NCBI RefSeq assembly: GCF_009914755.1
Contig: NC_060946.1
DNA length: 64,000 nt
Source of the DNA: the human T2T-CHM13v2.0 reference genome, Homo sapiens
Reading direction: 5' to 3' (one strand)
Shown: in pieces, positions 1-11,860 of the stretch
Layout: each line of letters starts with the position of its first letter
How positions within the stretch are numbered: the first letter of the stretch is position 1
Translations under genes and position numbers: made by a program
Notes under the pieces: generated by a model
Told to the model about the DNA's origin: nothing
The model's input: the letters and a program-made list of their open reading frames with translations, nothing else
The model's database searches: none

Positions 1-3000
1 CCTACCTTTAGGGTGGAAGAAGTGATGTACATGTCCGGACGCTAATTGGTGACTGGTACACCGGCTCCTGGTACACCTTTGCAGAGGTGGCTGGTTGCTC
101 TTTGAGCCAGCTTGTCCTTGCCCGGCATGCACAAGTTTCAGTGCAACAACTTTGCCACAAATGGAGCCATATAGAGGAAAGAAAAAGCAGGTTCAGGAGA
201 AGGGTGTACCCTGCCTTTGGGGCTCCAGTCCATGCCTCAGGTGTCACATGGCACTGCAGGCTTCTTGGTTGCCAAGAGGCAGACCACAGGCCATCTTGGG
301 GAGGACTTTATATTCAAGTGCAGAAAGCAGCCAGGATTACCATCCAGGGGGACCTTCTATAGCCCTGGCCAGACCTTGCAGAGGTGTCTGGTTGCTCTTT
401 GAGCCAGCTTGGCCTCCCTGGCATGCACAGGCCCCAGGTACTAACACACTGCTCCGAGTGTGCTTGTCCTGCCTTGGCTGCCACCTAATTCCTGATGGAG
501 CAGTGGCCTTAGGAAAAGCAGATGGCACTGTGGCCCACCTTTAGGGTAGAAGTGATGTACCATGTCTGGCCGTTAGTTGGTGACTGGTACACCTGCTCCT
601 GGCACACCCTTGCAGAGGTGGCTGGTTGCTCTTTGAGCCAGCTTGGCCTTGCCCAGCATGCACAAGCTTCAGTGCAACAACTGTGCTACAAATGGAGCCA
701 CAGAGAGGAAACAAGCAGCAGGCTCAGAAACCAGGTGTGCGCTGCCTTTGGGGCTCCAGTCCATGCCTCAGGGGTCGTATGGCACTGCAGGCTTCTTGGT
801 TGCCAAGAGGAAGACCACAGGCCGTCTTGATGAGGACTTTACGTTCAAGTACAGAAAGCAGCCAGGATTACCATCCAGGGGACTCGGCCTTCTGTGGCCC
901 TGGCCAGACATAGAATTTGTGCCAAGGCAGGACAAGCTCACTCGGAGCAGCGTGTCAGTCGCTGGGGCCTATGCATGCCAGGCAAGGCCGAGCTGGCTCA
1001 AAGAGCAACCAGCCACCTCTGCAAGGGTGCGCCTAGAGCAGGCAGAGCATCCAGCACCTCAGCCACACAAGGAAGTGGGGATGGCCAGCTTCCCACAGCT
1101 TGATTGGCTGCCACCTAATTGCTGATGGAACAGAGGCTTTAGGAAAAGCAGATGGCACTGTGGCCCTACCTTTAGGGTAGAAGAAGTGATGTACATGTCC
1201 GGCTGCTAGTTGGTAGCTCGTGCCCTTGCTCCTGGCACACCCTTGCAGAGGTGACTGGTTGCTTTTTGAGCCAGCTTGGCCTTGGCCAGCATGCCCAAGC
1301 TTCAGTGCAACAACTGTGCTACAAATGGAGCCATATAGAAACGAGCAGCAGGCTCAGGAGCAGGGTGTGCACTGCCTTTGGGGCTCCAGTCCATGCCTCG
1401 GGTCGTACGGTACTGCAGGCTTCTTGGTTGCCAAGAGGCAGACCACAGGCCTTCTTGAGGAGGACTTTACATTCAAGTGCAGAAAGCAGCCAAAATTACC
1501 ATCCATGGGACTGAGCCTTCTGTGGCCCTGGCGAGACTTAAAATTTGTGCCAAGGCAGGACAAGCTCACTCGGAGCAGCGTGTCAGTAGCTGGGGCCTGT
1601 GCATGCCAGGCAAGGCCAAGCTGGCTCAAAGAGCAACCAGCCACCTCTGCAAGGGTGCGCCTAGTGCAGGCGGAGCATCCACCACCTCACCCGCTCGAGG
1701 AAGTGGGGATGGCCAGGTTCCCACAGCCTGAGTGTCTGCCACCTTATTGCTGATGGAGCAGAGGCCTTAAGAAAAGCAGATGGCACTGTGGCCCTACCTT
1801 TAGGGTAGGACGCTAATTGGTGACTGGTACACCGGCTCCTGCTACACCTTTGCAGAGGTGGCTGGTTGCTGTTTGAGCCAGCTTGTCCTTGCCCGGCATG
1901 CACAAGTTTCAGTGCAACAACTTTGCCACAAATGGAGCCATATAGAGGAAACAAGAAGCAGGTTCAGGAGAAGGGTGTACCCTGCCTTTGGGGCTCCAGT
2001 CCATGCCTCAGGTGTCACATGGCACTGCGGGCTTCTTGGTTGCCAAGAGGCAGACCACAGGCCATCTTGGGGAGGACTTTATATTCAAGTGCAGAAAGCA
2101 GCCAGGATTACCATCCAGGGGGACCTTCTATAGCCCTGGCCAGACCTTGCAGAGGTGTCTGGTTGCTCTTTGAGCCAGCTTGGCCTCCCTGGCATGCACA
2201 GGCCCCAGGTGCTAACACACTGCTCCGAGTGTGCTTGTCCTGCCTTGGCTGCCACCTAATTCCTGATGGAGCAGTGGCCTTAGGAAAAGCAGATGGCACT
2301 GTGGCCCACCTTTAGGGTAGAAGTGATGTACCATGTCTGGCCATTAGTTGGTGACTGGTGCACCTGCTCCTGGCACACCCTTGCAGAGGTGGCTGGTTGC
2401 TCTTTGAGCCCGCTTGGCCTTGTCCAGCATGCACAAGCTTCAGTGCAACAACTGTGCTACAAATGGAGCCACAGAGAGGAAACAAGCAGCAGGCTCAGGA
2501 ACCAGGGGTGCGCTGCCTTTGGGGCTCCAGTCCATGCCTCAGGGGTCGTATGGCACTGCAGGCTTCTTGGTTGCCAAGAGGCAGACCACAGGCCGTCTTG
2601 ATGAGGACTTTACGTTCAAGTACAGAAAGCAGCCAGGATTACCATCCAGGGGACTCGGCCTTCTGTGGCCCTGGCCAGACATAGAATTTGTGCCAAGGCA
2701 GGACAAGCTCACTCGGAGCAGCGTGTCAGTCACTGGGGCCTATGCATGCCAGGCAAGGCCGAGCTGGCTCAAAGAGCAACCAGCCACCTCTGCAAGGGTG
2801 CGCCTAGAGCAGGCAGAGCATCCAGCACCTCAGCCACACAAGGAAGTGGGGATGGCCAGCTTCCCACAGCTTGATTGGCTGCCACCTAATTGCTGATGGA
2901 ACAGAGGCCTTAGGAAAAGCAGATGGCACTGTGGCCCTACCTTTAGGGTAGAAGAAGTGATGTACATGTCCGGCTGCTAGTTGGTAGCTCGTGCCCTTGC

Positions 3001-6000
3001 TCCTGGCACACCCTTGCAGAGGTGACTGGTTGCTTTTTGAGCCAGCTTGGCCTTGGCCGGCATGCCCAAGCTTCAGTGCAACAACTGTGCTACAAATGGA
3101 GCCATATAGAAACGAGCAGCAGGCTCAGGAGCAGGGTGTGCACTGCCTTTGGGGCTCCAGTCCATGCCTCAGGCATCATATGTCACTGTGGGCTTCTTGG
3201 TTGCCACGAGGTAGATCACAGGTCCTCTTGAGGAGGACTTTACGTTCAGGTGTAGAAAGCAGCCAGGATTGCCACCCAGGGCACTCGGCCTTCTGTGGCC
3301 CTGGCCAGACTTAGAATTTGTGCCAAGGCAGGACAAACTCACTGGGAGCAGCGTGTTATTACCTGAGGCGTGTGCATGCCAGGGAAGCCCAAGCTGGCTC
3401 AAAGAGCCACCAGCCACCTGTGCAAGGGTGGGCCTGGACCAGTTGGACCAGCCACCAAGCTCACCTACTCAAGGAAGCAGGGATGGCCAGGTTGCAACAG
3501 CCTGAGTGGCTGCCACCTGATAGCTGATGGAGCAGAGGCCTGAGGAAAATCAGATGGCACATTTAGCTCTTTAATGGATCTTGTTAATTTTTCTATAAAG
3601 CACATGGCACCAGTCCATGCCTCAGAGCTCGTATGGCACTGCGGACCACAGCAGGCCGAGTTCCCAGGGTGGCAATCCTGGCTGCTTTCTGCACTTGAAC
3701 ATAAAGTCCTCCTCAAGATGGCCTGTGGTCTGCCTCTTGGACCTACCTTTAGAGTAGAAGAACGGATGTACCATGTCCTGAAGCAAGTGAGGTTGGTGAC
3801 TGGTCCACCTTCTCCTGGCCCAGCCTTGCAGAGGTGGCTGGTTGCTCTTTGAGCCAGCCTGGCCTTGCCCAGCATGCGCAAAGCTCAGTGCAACTACTCT
3901 GCTACAAATGTAGCCACAGAGAGGAAACGAGCAGCAGGCTCAGGAGCAGGTTGTGCATTGCCTTTGGGGCTCTAGTCCATGCCTCAGGGGTCGGGTAACA
4001 CTGCGGGCTTCTTGGTTGCCTAGAGGCAGACCACAGGCCATCTTGAGGAGGACTTTATGTTCAAGTGCAGAAAGCAGCCAGGATTACCATCCAGGGGGGC
4101 CTTCTGTAGCCCTGGCCAGACCTTGCAGAGGTGGCTGGGTGCTCTTTGAGCGAGCTCGGCCTCCCTGGCATGCACAGGCCCCAGGTACTAACACGCTGCT
4201 CTGAGTGAGCTTGTCCTGCCTTGGCTGCCACCTAACTGCTGATGGAGCAGCGGCCTTAGGAAAAGCAAATGGCGCTGTAGCCCAACTTTAGGGTAGAAGA
4301 AGATGTACCATGTCCGGCCGCTAGTTGGTGACTGGTGCACCTGCTCCTGGCATACCCTTGCAGAGGTGGGTGGTTGCTCTTTGAGCCAGCTTGGCCTTGC
4401 CTGGCATGCACAAGCCTCAGTGCAACAACTGTCCTACAAATGGAGACACAGAGAGGAAACAAGCAGCAGGCTCAGGAGCAGGGTGTGCGCTGCCTTTGGG
4501 GCTCCAGTCCATGCCTCGGGTCGTATGGTACTGCAGGCTTCTTGGTTGCCAAGAGGCGGACCACAGGCCTTCTTGAGGAGGACTTTACGTTCAAGTGCAG
4601 AAAGCAGCCAAAATTACCATCCATGGGACTAAGCCTTCTGTGGCCCTGGCGAGACTTAAAATTTGTGCCAAGGCAGGACAAGCTCACTCGGAGCAGCGTG
4701 TCAGTAGCTGGGGCCTATGCATGCCAGGCAAGGCCAAGCTGGCTCAAAGAGCAACCAGCCACCTCTGCAAGGGTGCGCCTAGTGCAGGCGGAGCATCCAC
4801 CACCTCACCCGCTCGAGGAAGTGGGGATGGCCAGGTTCCCACAGCCTGAGTGTCTGCCACCTTATTGCTGATGGAGCAGAGGCCTTAAGAAAAGCAGATG
4901 GCACTGTGGCCCTACCTTTAGGGTGGAAGAAGTGATGCACATGTCCGGACACTAATTGGTGACTGGTACACCGGCTCCTGCTACACCTTTGCAGAGGTGG
5001 CTGGTTGCTGTTTGAGCCAGCTTGTCCTTGCCCGGCATGCACAAGCTTCAGTGCAACAACTTTGCCACAAATGGAGCCATATAGAGGAAACAAGAAGCAG
5101 GTTCAGGAGAAGGGTGTACCCTGCCTTTGGGGCTCCAGTCCATGCCTCAGGTGTCACATGGCACTGCGGGCTTCTTGGTTGCCAAGAGGCAGACCACAGG
5201 CCATCTTGGGGAGGACTTTATATTCAAGTGCAGAAAGCAGCCAGGATTACCATCCAGGGGGACCTTCTATAGCCCTGGCCAAACCTTGCAGAGGTGTCTG
5301 GTTGCTCTTTGAGCCAGCTTGGCCTCCCTGGCATGCACAGGCCCCAGGTACTAACACACTGCTCCGAGTGTGCTTGTCCTGCCTTGGCTGCCACCTAATT
5401 CCTGATGGAGCAGTGGCCTTAGGAAAAGCAGATGGCACTGTGGCCCAACTCTAGGGTTGAAGAACTGATGTACCATCTCCGACCTGTAGTTGGTAACTAG
5501 TGCACCTGTTCTTCCTTGCAGAGGTGGCTGGTTGCTCTTTGAGCCAGCTTGGCCTTGCCGGGCATGTACAAGCTTCAGTGCAACAACTGTGCTACAAATG
5601 GAGCCACAGAGAGGAAACAAGCAGCAGGCTCAGGAGCAGGGTATGCGCTGCCTTCGGCTCTCCAATCCATGCCTCAGGGCTCCTATGCCACTGCACGATT
5701 CTTGGTTGCCAAGAGGCCAACCACAGGCCATCTTGAGAAGGAGTTTATGTTCCACTGCAGAAAGCAGCCAGGATCACCATCCAGGGGACTTGGTCTTCTG
5801 TGGCCCTGGCCAGACATAGAATTTGTGCCAAGGCAGGACAAGCTCACTCAGAGCAGCGTGTTAGTACCTCAAATCTGTGCGTGCCAGACAAGGCCAAACT
5901 GGCTCAATGAGCAACCAGCCACCTCTGCAGGGGTGCGTCTGGAGGAGGTGGACCAGCCACCAACCTTACCCAGTCAAGGAAGTGGATGGCCATGTTCCCA

Positions 6001-7345
6001 CAGCCTGAGTGGCTGCCACCTGATGGCTGATATAGCAAAGGCCTTAGGAAAAGCAGATGGCCCTTGGCCCTACCTTTTTGTTAGAAGAACTGATGTTCCA
6101 TGTCCTGCAGCGAGTGAGGTTGGTGGCTGTGCCCCCAGCTCCTGGCACACCCTCGCAGAGGTGACTGGTTGCTCTTTGAGCCCTCTTAGCCTTGCCCAGC
6201 ATGCACAAGCCTCAGTGCTACTACTGTGCTACAAATGGAGCCATATAGGGGAAACGAGCAGCCATCTCAGGAGCAAGGTGTATGCTGCCTTTGGGGGCTC
6301 CAGTCCTTGCCTCAAGGGTCTTATGTCACTGTGGGCTTCTTGGTTGCCAAGAGGCAGACCATAGGCCATCTTGAGAAGGACTTTATGTTCAAGTGCAGAA
6401 AGCAGCCAGGATTACCACCCTCGGGACTCTGCCTTCTGTGGCCCTGGCCAAACTTAGAATTTGGCCGTAGACAGGACAAGCTCACTTGGAGTAGCGTGTC
6501 CGTAGCTGGGGTCTGTGCATGCCAGGCAAGGCCAAGCTGGCTCAAAGAGCAACCAGCCACCTCTGCAAGGGTGCACCTAGAGCAGGTGGAGCAGCCACCA
6601 GCTCACCCACTCCAGGAAGCCGGGGTAGCCAGGTTCCCAAAGCCTGAGTGGGTGCCACCTAATGGCTGAAGAAACAGAGGCCTTAGGAAAACCAGATGGC
6701 ACTGTGGCCCTACCTTTATGGTAGAAGAGCTGATTTAGCCTGACTGGCAGCGTGTGAGGTTGATGGCTGGTCTGCCTGCTGCTGGCACATCCGTGCAAAG
6801 ATAGCTGGTTGCCCTTTGAGCCAGCTTGCCCTTGCCCAGCATGCACAAGCCTCAGTGCAACAACTGTGCTGCAAATGGGGCCATATAGAGGAAAGGAGCA
6901 GCTGGCTCTGGAGCATGGTGTGCACTCCCTTTGGGCCTTCAGTCCATGTCTCATGGGTCGTATGACACTGCGGGCTTGTTGGTTGCCAAGAGGCAGACCA
7001 CAGGTCATCTTGAGAAGGACTTTATGTTCCAGTCCAGAAAGCAGCCAGTGGTACCACCCAGGGGACTTGTGCTTCTGTGGCCCAGGCCAGACGTAGAATT
7101 TGACAAAGTCAGGACGGTCTCAGTCAGAGCAGCATGTCGGTCCCCGGGGCCTGTGCATGCCAGGCAAGGCCAAGCTGGCTTAAAGAGCAAGCAGCCACCT
7201 CTGTTAAGGGTGTGCCTGGAACAGGTGGAGCAGCCACCAACCTCACCCACTGAAAGAAGCAGGGATGGCCAGGTTCCAACATCCTGAGTGGCTGCCACCT
7301 GATGGCTGATGGAGCAGAGGCCTGAGGAAAAGCAGATGGCACTGC
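1..7345. repeat. Tandem array of ~630-bp units with ~510-530-bp variant units, about 12 units; runs off the window's left edge
   Basis: The anchor GGAAAAGCAGATGGCACTGTGGCCC recurs at ~512, 1141, 1770, 2282, 2912, 3543, 4259, 4889, 5421, 6047, 6686 and 7325. The ORF track repeats with a 1771-bp offset (87/1858, 522/2293, 1220/2991). Units right of ~5450 are more diverged. Confidence 0.95.
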
Positions 7346-7374
7346 TTTGTAGTGCTGTTCTTTGTCTCTCTTGA

Positions 7375-7780
7375 TCTTTTTCAGTTAATGTCTGTTTTAT
7401 CAGAGACTAGGATTGCAAACCCTGCTCTTTTTTGCTTTCCATTTGCTTGGTAAATATACCTCCATCCCTTTATTTTAAGCCTATGTGTGTCTTTGCACAT
7501 GAGATGGGTCTCCTGAATACAGGACAACAATGGGTCTTTACTCTTTATCCAACTTGCCAGTCTGTGTCTTTTAACTGGGGCATTTAGCCCATTTACATTT
7601 AAGTTTAGTATTGTTACATGTGAAATTTATCCTGTCATGATGTTGCTAGCTTTTTATTTTTCCCATTAGTTTGCAGTTTCTTTATAGTGTCAATGGTCTT
7701 TACAATTCGATATGTTTTTGTAGTGGCTGGTACTGGTTTTTCCTTTCTACGTTTAGTGTCTCCTTCAGGAGCTCTTGTAA
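7375..7780 (-). mobile_element. L1 (L1P-type) fragment, ORF1/ORF2 junction and endonuclease region, antisense
   Basis: TTTTATCAGAGACTAGGATTGCAA...GAGATGGGTCTCCTGAATACAG matches the reverse complement of the L1 ORF2 start as recalled. Confidence 0.85.
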
Positions 7781-7962
7781 CACAAGAATGTGGATTTATT
7801 TCTTGTAAGGTAAATATGTGGATTTATTTCTTGGGACTGTATTCTATGGCCTTTACCCCAAGAATCATTACTTTTTAAAATGCAATTCAAATTAGCATAA
7901 AACATTTACAGCCTATGGAAAGGCTTGTGGCATTAGAATCCTTATTTATAGGATTATTTTGT

Positions 7963-8270
7963 GTTTTTTTGAGATATGGTCTTTGTCATCGAGGCAGAAG
8001 TGCCGTGGTTTGATCATAATTCACCACAGCCCTGAACTCTTGAGTCCAAGCCATCCTTTTGCCTTAATCTCCCAACCAGTTGGATCTACAAGCATAAGGC
8101 ATCATGCGTGGCTAATTTTTTCACGTTTTTTTTTTTTTTTTTTTTTTTTTTTTTGTCGAGATTATGGTATCACTATGTTGCTCTGGCTGATCTCAAATGT
8201 TTGACCTCAAGGGATCTTTCTGCCACAGCCTCCTAAAGTGCTAGGATTATATGCATGATACACCATGCCT
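7963..8270 (-). mobile_element. Old Alu (AluJ-like), antisense, with expanded central T-run
   Basis: Degenerate Alu arms, T-run at 8126-8154, CCTAAAGTGCTAGGATTA near the right end. Confidence 0.8.
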
Positions 8271-9259
8271 ATTGTAGAGTATTACATTATTTTCAAAGTC
8301 TTATTGTAAGAGCCATTTATTGCCTTTGGCCTAAATAACTCAATATAATATCTCTGAAACTTTTTTTTGACAAATTTTGGGGCATGATGATGAGAGAAGG
8401 GGGTTTGAAACTTTCTAATAAGAGTTAACTTAGAGCCATTTAAGAAAGGAAAAAACACAAATTATCAGAAAAACAACAGTAAGATCAAGTGCAAAAGTTC
8501 TGTGGCAAAGATGATGAGAGTAAAGAATATATGTTTGTGACTCATGGTGGCTTTTACTTTGTTCTTGAATTTCTGAGTACGGGTTAACATTTAAAGAATC
8601 TACATTATAGATAACATTTTATTGCAAGTAAATGTATTTCAAAATTTGTTATTGGTTTTGTATGAGATTATTCTCAGCCTACTTCATTATCAAGCTATAT
8701 TATTTTATTAATGTAGTTCGATGATCTTACAGCAAAGCTGAAAGCTGTATCTTCAAAATATGTCTATTTGACTAAAAAGTTATTCAACAGGAGTTATTAT
8801 CTATAAAAAAATACAACAGGAATATAAAAAACTTGAGGATAAAAAGATGTTGGAAAAAGTAATATTAAATCTTAAAAAACATATGGAAACTACACAATGG
8901 TGGAGACACATTGGTGAAGTACAAAAATATAAATTGGATCTAGAAGAAAGGGCAATGCAGGCAATAGAAAAATTAGTAGAAATCCCTTTAAAGGTTAGTT
9001 TGTAAAATCAGGTAAGTTTATTTATAATTTGCTTTCATTTATTTCACTGCAAATTATATTTTGGATATGTATATATATTGTGCTTCCTCTGCCTGTCTTA
9101 CAGCAATTTGCCTTGCAGAGTTCTAGGAAAAAGGTGGCATGTGTTTTTACTTTCAAATATTTAAATTTCCATCATTCTAACAAAATCAATTTTTCAGAGT
9201 AATGATTCTCACTGTGGAGTCATTTGATTATTAAGACCCGTTGGCATAAGATTACATCC

Positions 9260-9720
9260 TCTGACTATAAAAATCCTGGAAGAAAACCTAGGAAATATTC
9301 GTCTGGACATTGCACTTGGCAATGAATTTATGGGTAAGTCCTCAAAAGCAATTGCCAGAAAAACGAAAATTGAGAAGTGTGATTTAATTAAACTAAAGAG
9401 CTGCTTCTGCACAGCATGAGAAACTCTCAAGGGGGATTGAACAGACAGCCTACAGAGTGGAAGAAAATATTCACACACTATGCATACAGCAAAGGCCTAT
9501 TATCCAGAATCTATAAGAGACTTAGACAAATCAAGAAGCAAAAAATAACCCCATTAAAAAATGGGCAAAGAACATGAACAGACAGTTTTCAAAAGAACAC
9601 ATACGTGGCCAACAAACATATTAACACATGCATACCATCACTAATCATTAGAGAATGCAAAGCAAAACATCAATTAGATACCATCTCACACCAGTTAGAA
9701 TGACTTCTGTTACAAAGTAA
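9260..9720 (+). mobile_element. L1 ORF2 3' fragment (older L1PA/L1PB)
   Basis: AAAATCCTGGAAGAAAACCTAGG...AATTAAACTAAAGAGC...GATACCATCTCACACCAGTTAGAATG. Confidence 0.9.
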
Positions 9721-9869
9721 AAATAATAAAAATATTTAAATATTCAATAATAAAATGTTATTTAGGTTGAGATAAATTAATTTGTCATTATTCTCAAAAC
9801 ATGGATATTCAAGAATAACCTTATTTCACATGTAATAACACAACAACTACCTTAAAAAATAAAAGCTGG

Positions 9870-10241
<372 letters not shown>

Positions 10242-11814
10242 TCATTGTTTCTCTAGAGATTTCAATACCTATTCTAGCTTATTATAGTAACCTATAATTT
10301 GTATTATACCAACTATGGTATAAAAACCTTAAAATGTATATTTTTGTTTTCTCTCTCCTTTATACTATTTATGTCATGCATTATAGTCTCAAATATTATG
10401 AATTCCATAATATAAAGTTACTCTTTTTTTAAAAAAATAAGACAATTATCTTTAGAGCAATGTAAAATAATTGGGCTATATATCTTTATATCTTCTCTGG
10501 CACTCTTTATTTCTTTGTGTAGTTTCAACTTTCATCTGCTTCCATATTCCTTTTGCCTCAAGAAATGATTTTGACATTTATTTTAGTGCAGACCTGTTAG
10601 CAAGGGACTCTTGCAGTGTTAATCTGAAAATGTCTTCATTTCATTGTTATTTTCACTATATAGTTCATGGATGTAAGATTGGGGGTTGACTTTTTTTAAG
10701 TTATTTAAAAATTTTGTATCATTGGTTTCTGACTTGTAGAGTTGCTGACACGCAGTTCACTGTAATGGCTATTTCTGTTTATCTCTCTACACAGTGTTCC
10801 TATTTTTCTGTGACTGAATTCAAGATTTTTGCTAATCGTTGGTTTTCAGCAGTTTGACTAGTGTGATTATTCTAGCGTTCTTTAAATTTTGTATTTATCT
10901 TTCTTGGATCTTTTTGAGTTTATTTGGTCTCCTTAGTCATCTTTTTCAAATTTTTCTTCCCTTACATTCTGTTTTTACTCTCCTGGAATTCCAATTAATT
11001 GTATTTTACTTAATTTCATGTTACCAGAGAATTCTTGGATTCACTGGAGTATTTTATTTGCTTGGTTCATTGGTTTATTTTGTTTTTCTCTTTCCTCCCT
11101 TTGTGCTACCATTCAAATAATTTGTATTGACCTAGCATAAAATTTACTGCTTCTTTCTTTAGCTCTGATGACCAGTCTGCTAATCAGCTTGCTGTTGTAA
11201 TTCTTCATTTCTGTTCTCATGCTTTCACTTATTTCTAGCTTTTGCCTTTTACTGTTCCCATCTCTGCTGAAATTCCTCATTTTTCCATGCATGTTGTCTT
11301 TTTTTAAGTAGATTCTTTAACATTTTGATCATTATTATTTTAAATTAGTTGCATTTAGTTCCAACATCTGAATTATCTCTGAATTTGATTCTGTTGACTT
11401 TTTATCTTTTGAAAATATTATAACTCATAACCCAAATTTCTAACTTGGTTTTATGTGTCTCCCAGTTTCTAAAAAATGCAAATCATCAGATGTAGAAAAT
11501 CAGTAGATCATGAGATAATTGTTTATGTTGAGATTGTTTTATATTTATGTTTCATTTTGGTTTGTGTCATGCTATTAGTGTGGGCAGGAACAAAGGTTGG
11601 TTTTTGCCACGGTGTCTGAAACATTCAGTGAACCACGTAACTCAGATTTCTCCAGCAGCAGGCTGCTATATCATGTGCCTTGTGTGGGGCCTTAGGCTCT
11701 GGAGGGCATATTCCAGTGCTCCTGTTCCAGTTATCTTTCCATAGTCCTTACCACATATGTCATAGGAGGGTCTCTCTCCACTTTCTTGTTCCTCTCTAAC
11801 TGTAGAACATCATG

Positions 11815-11815
<1 letters not shown>

Positions 11816-11859
<44 letters not shown>
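11816..11859. repeat. (TG)n microsatellite, ~21 units
   Basis: Directly visible. Confidence 0.98.

Positions 11860-11860
<1 letters not shown>

Noticed and set aside
8-7342. Numerous ORFs of 60-271 aa in the tandem array
   Set aside because: They overlap in all frames, break differently in each unit and many lack ATG starts. They are by-products of a GC-rich repeat. Only the short SNX18-like motif looks gene-derived.
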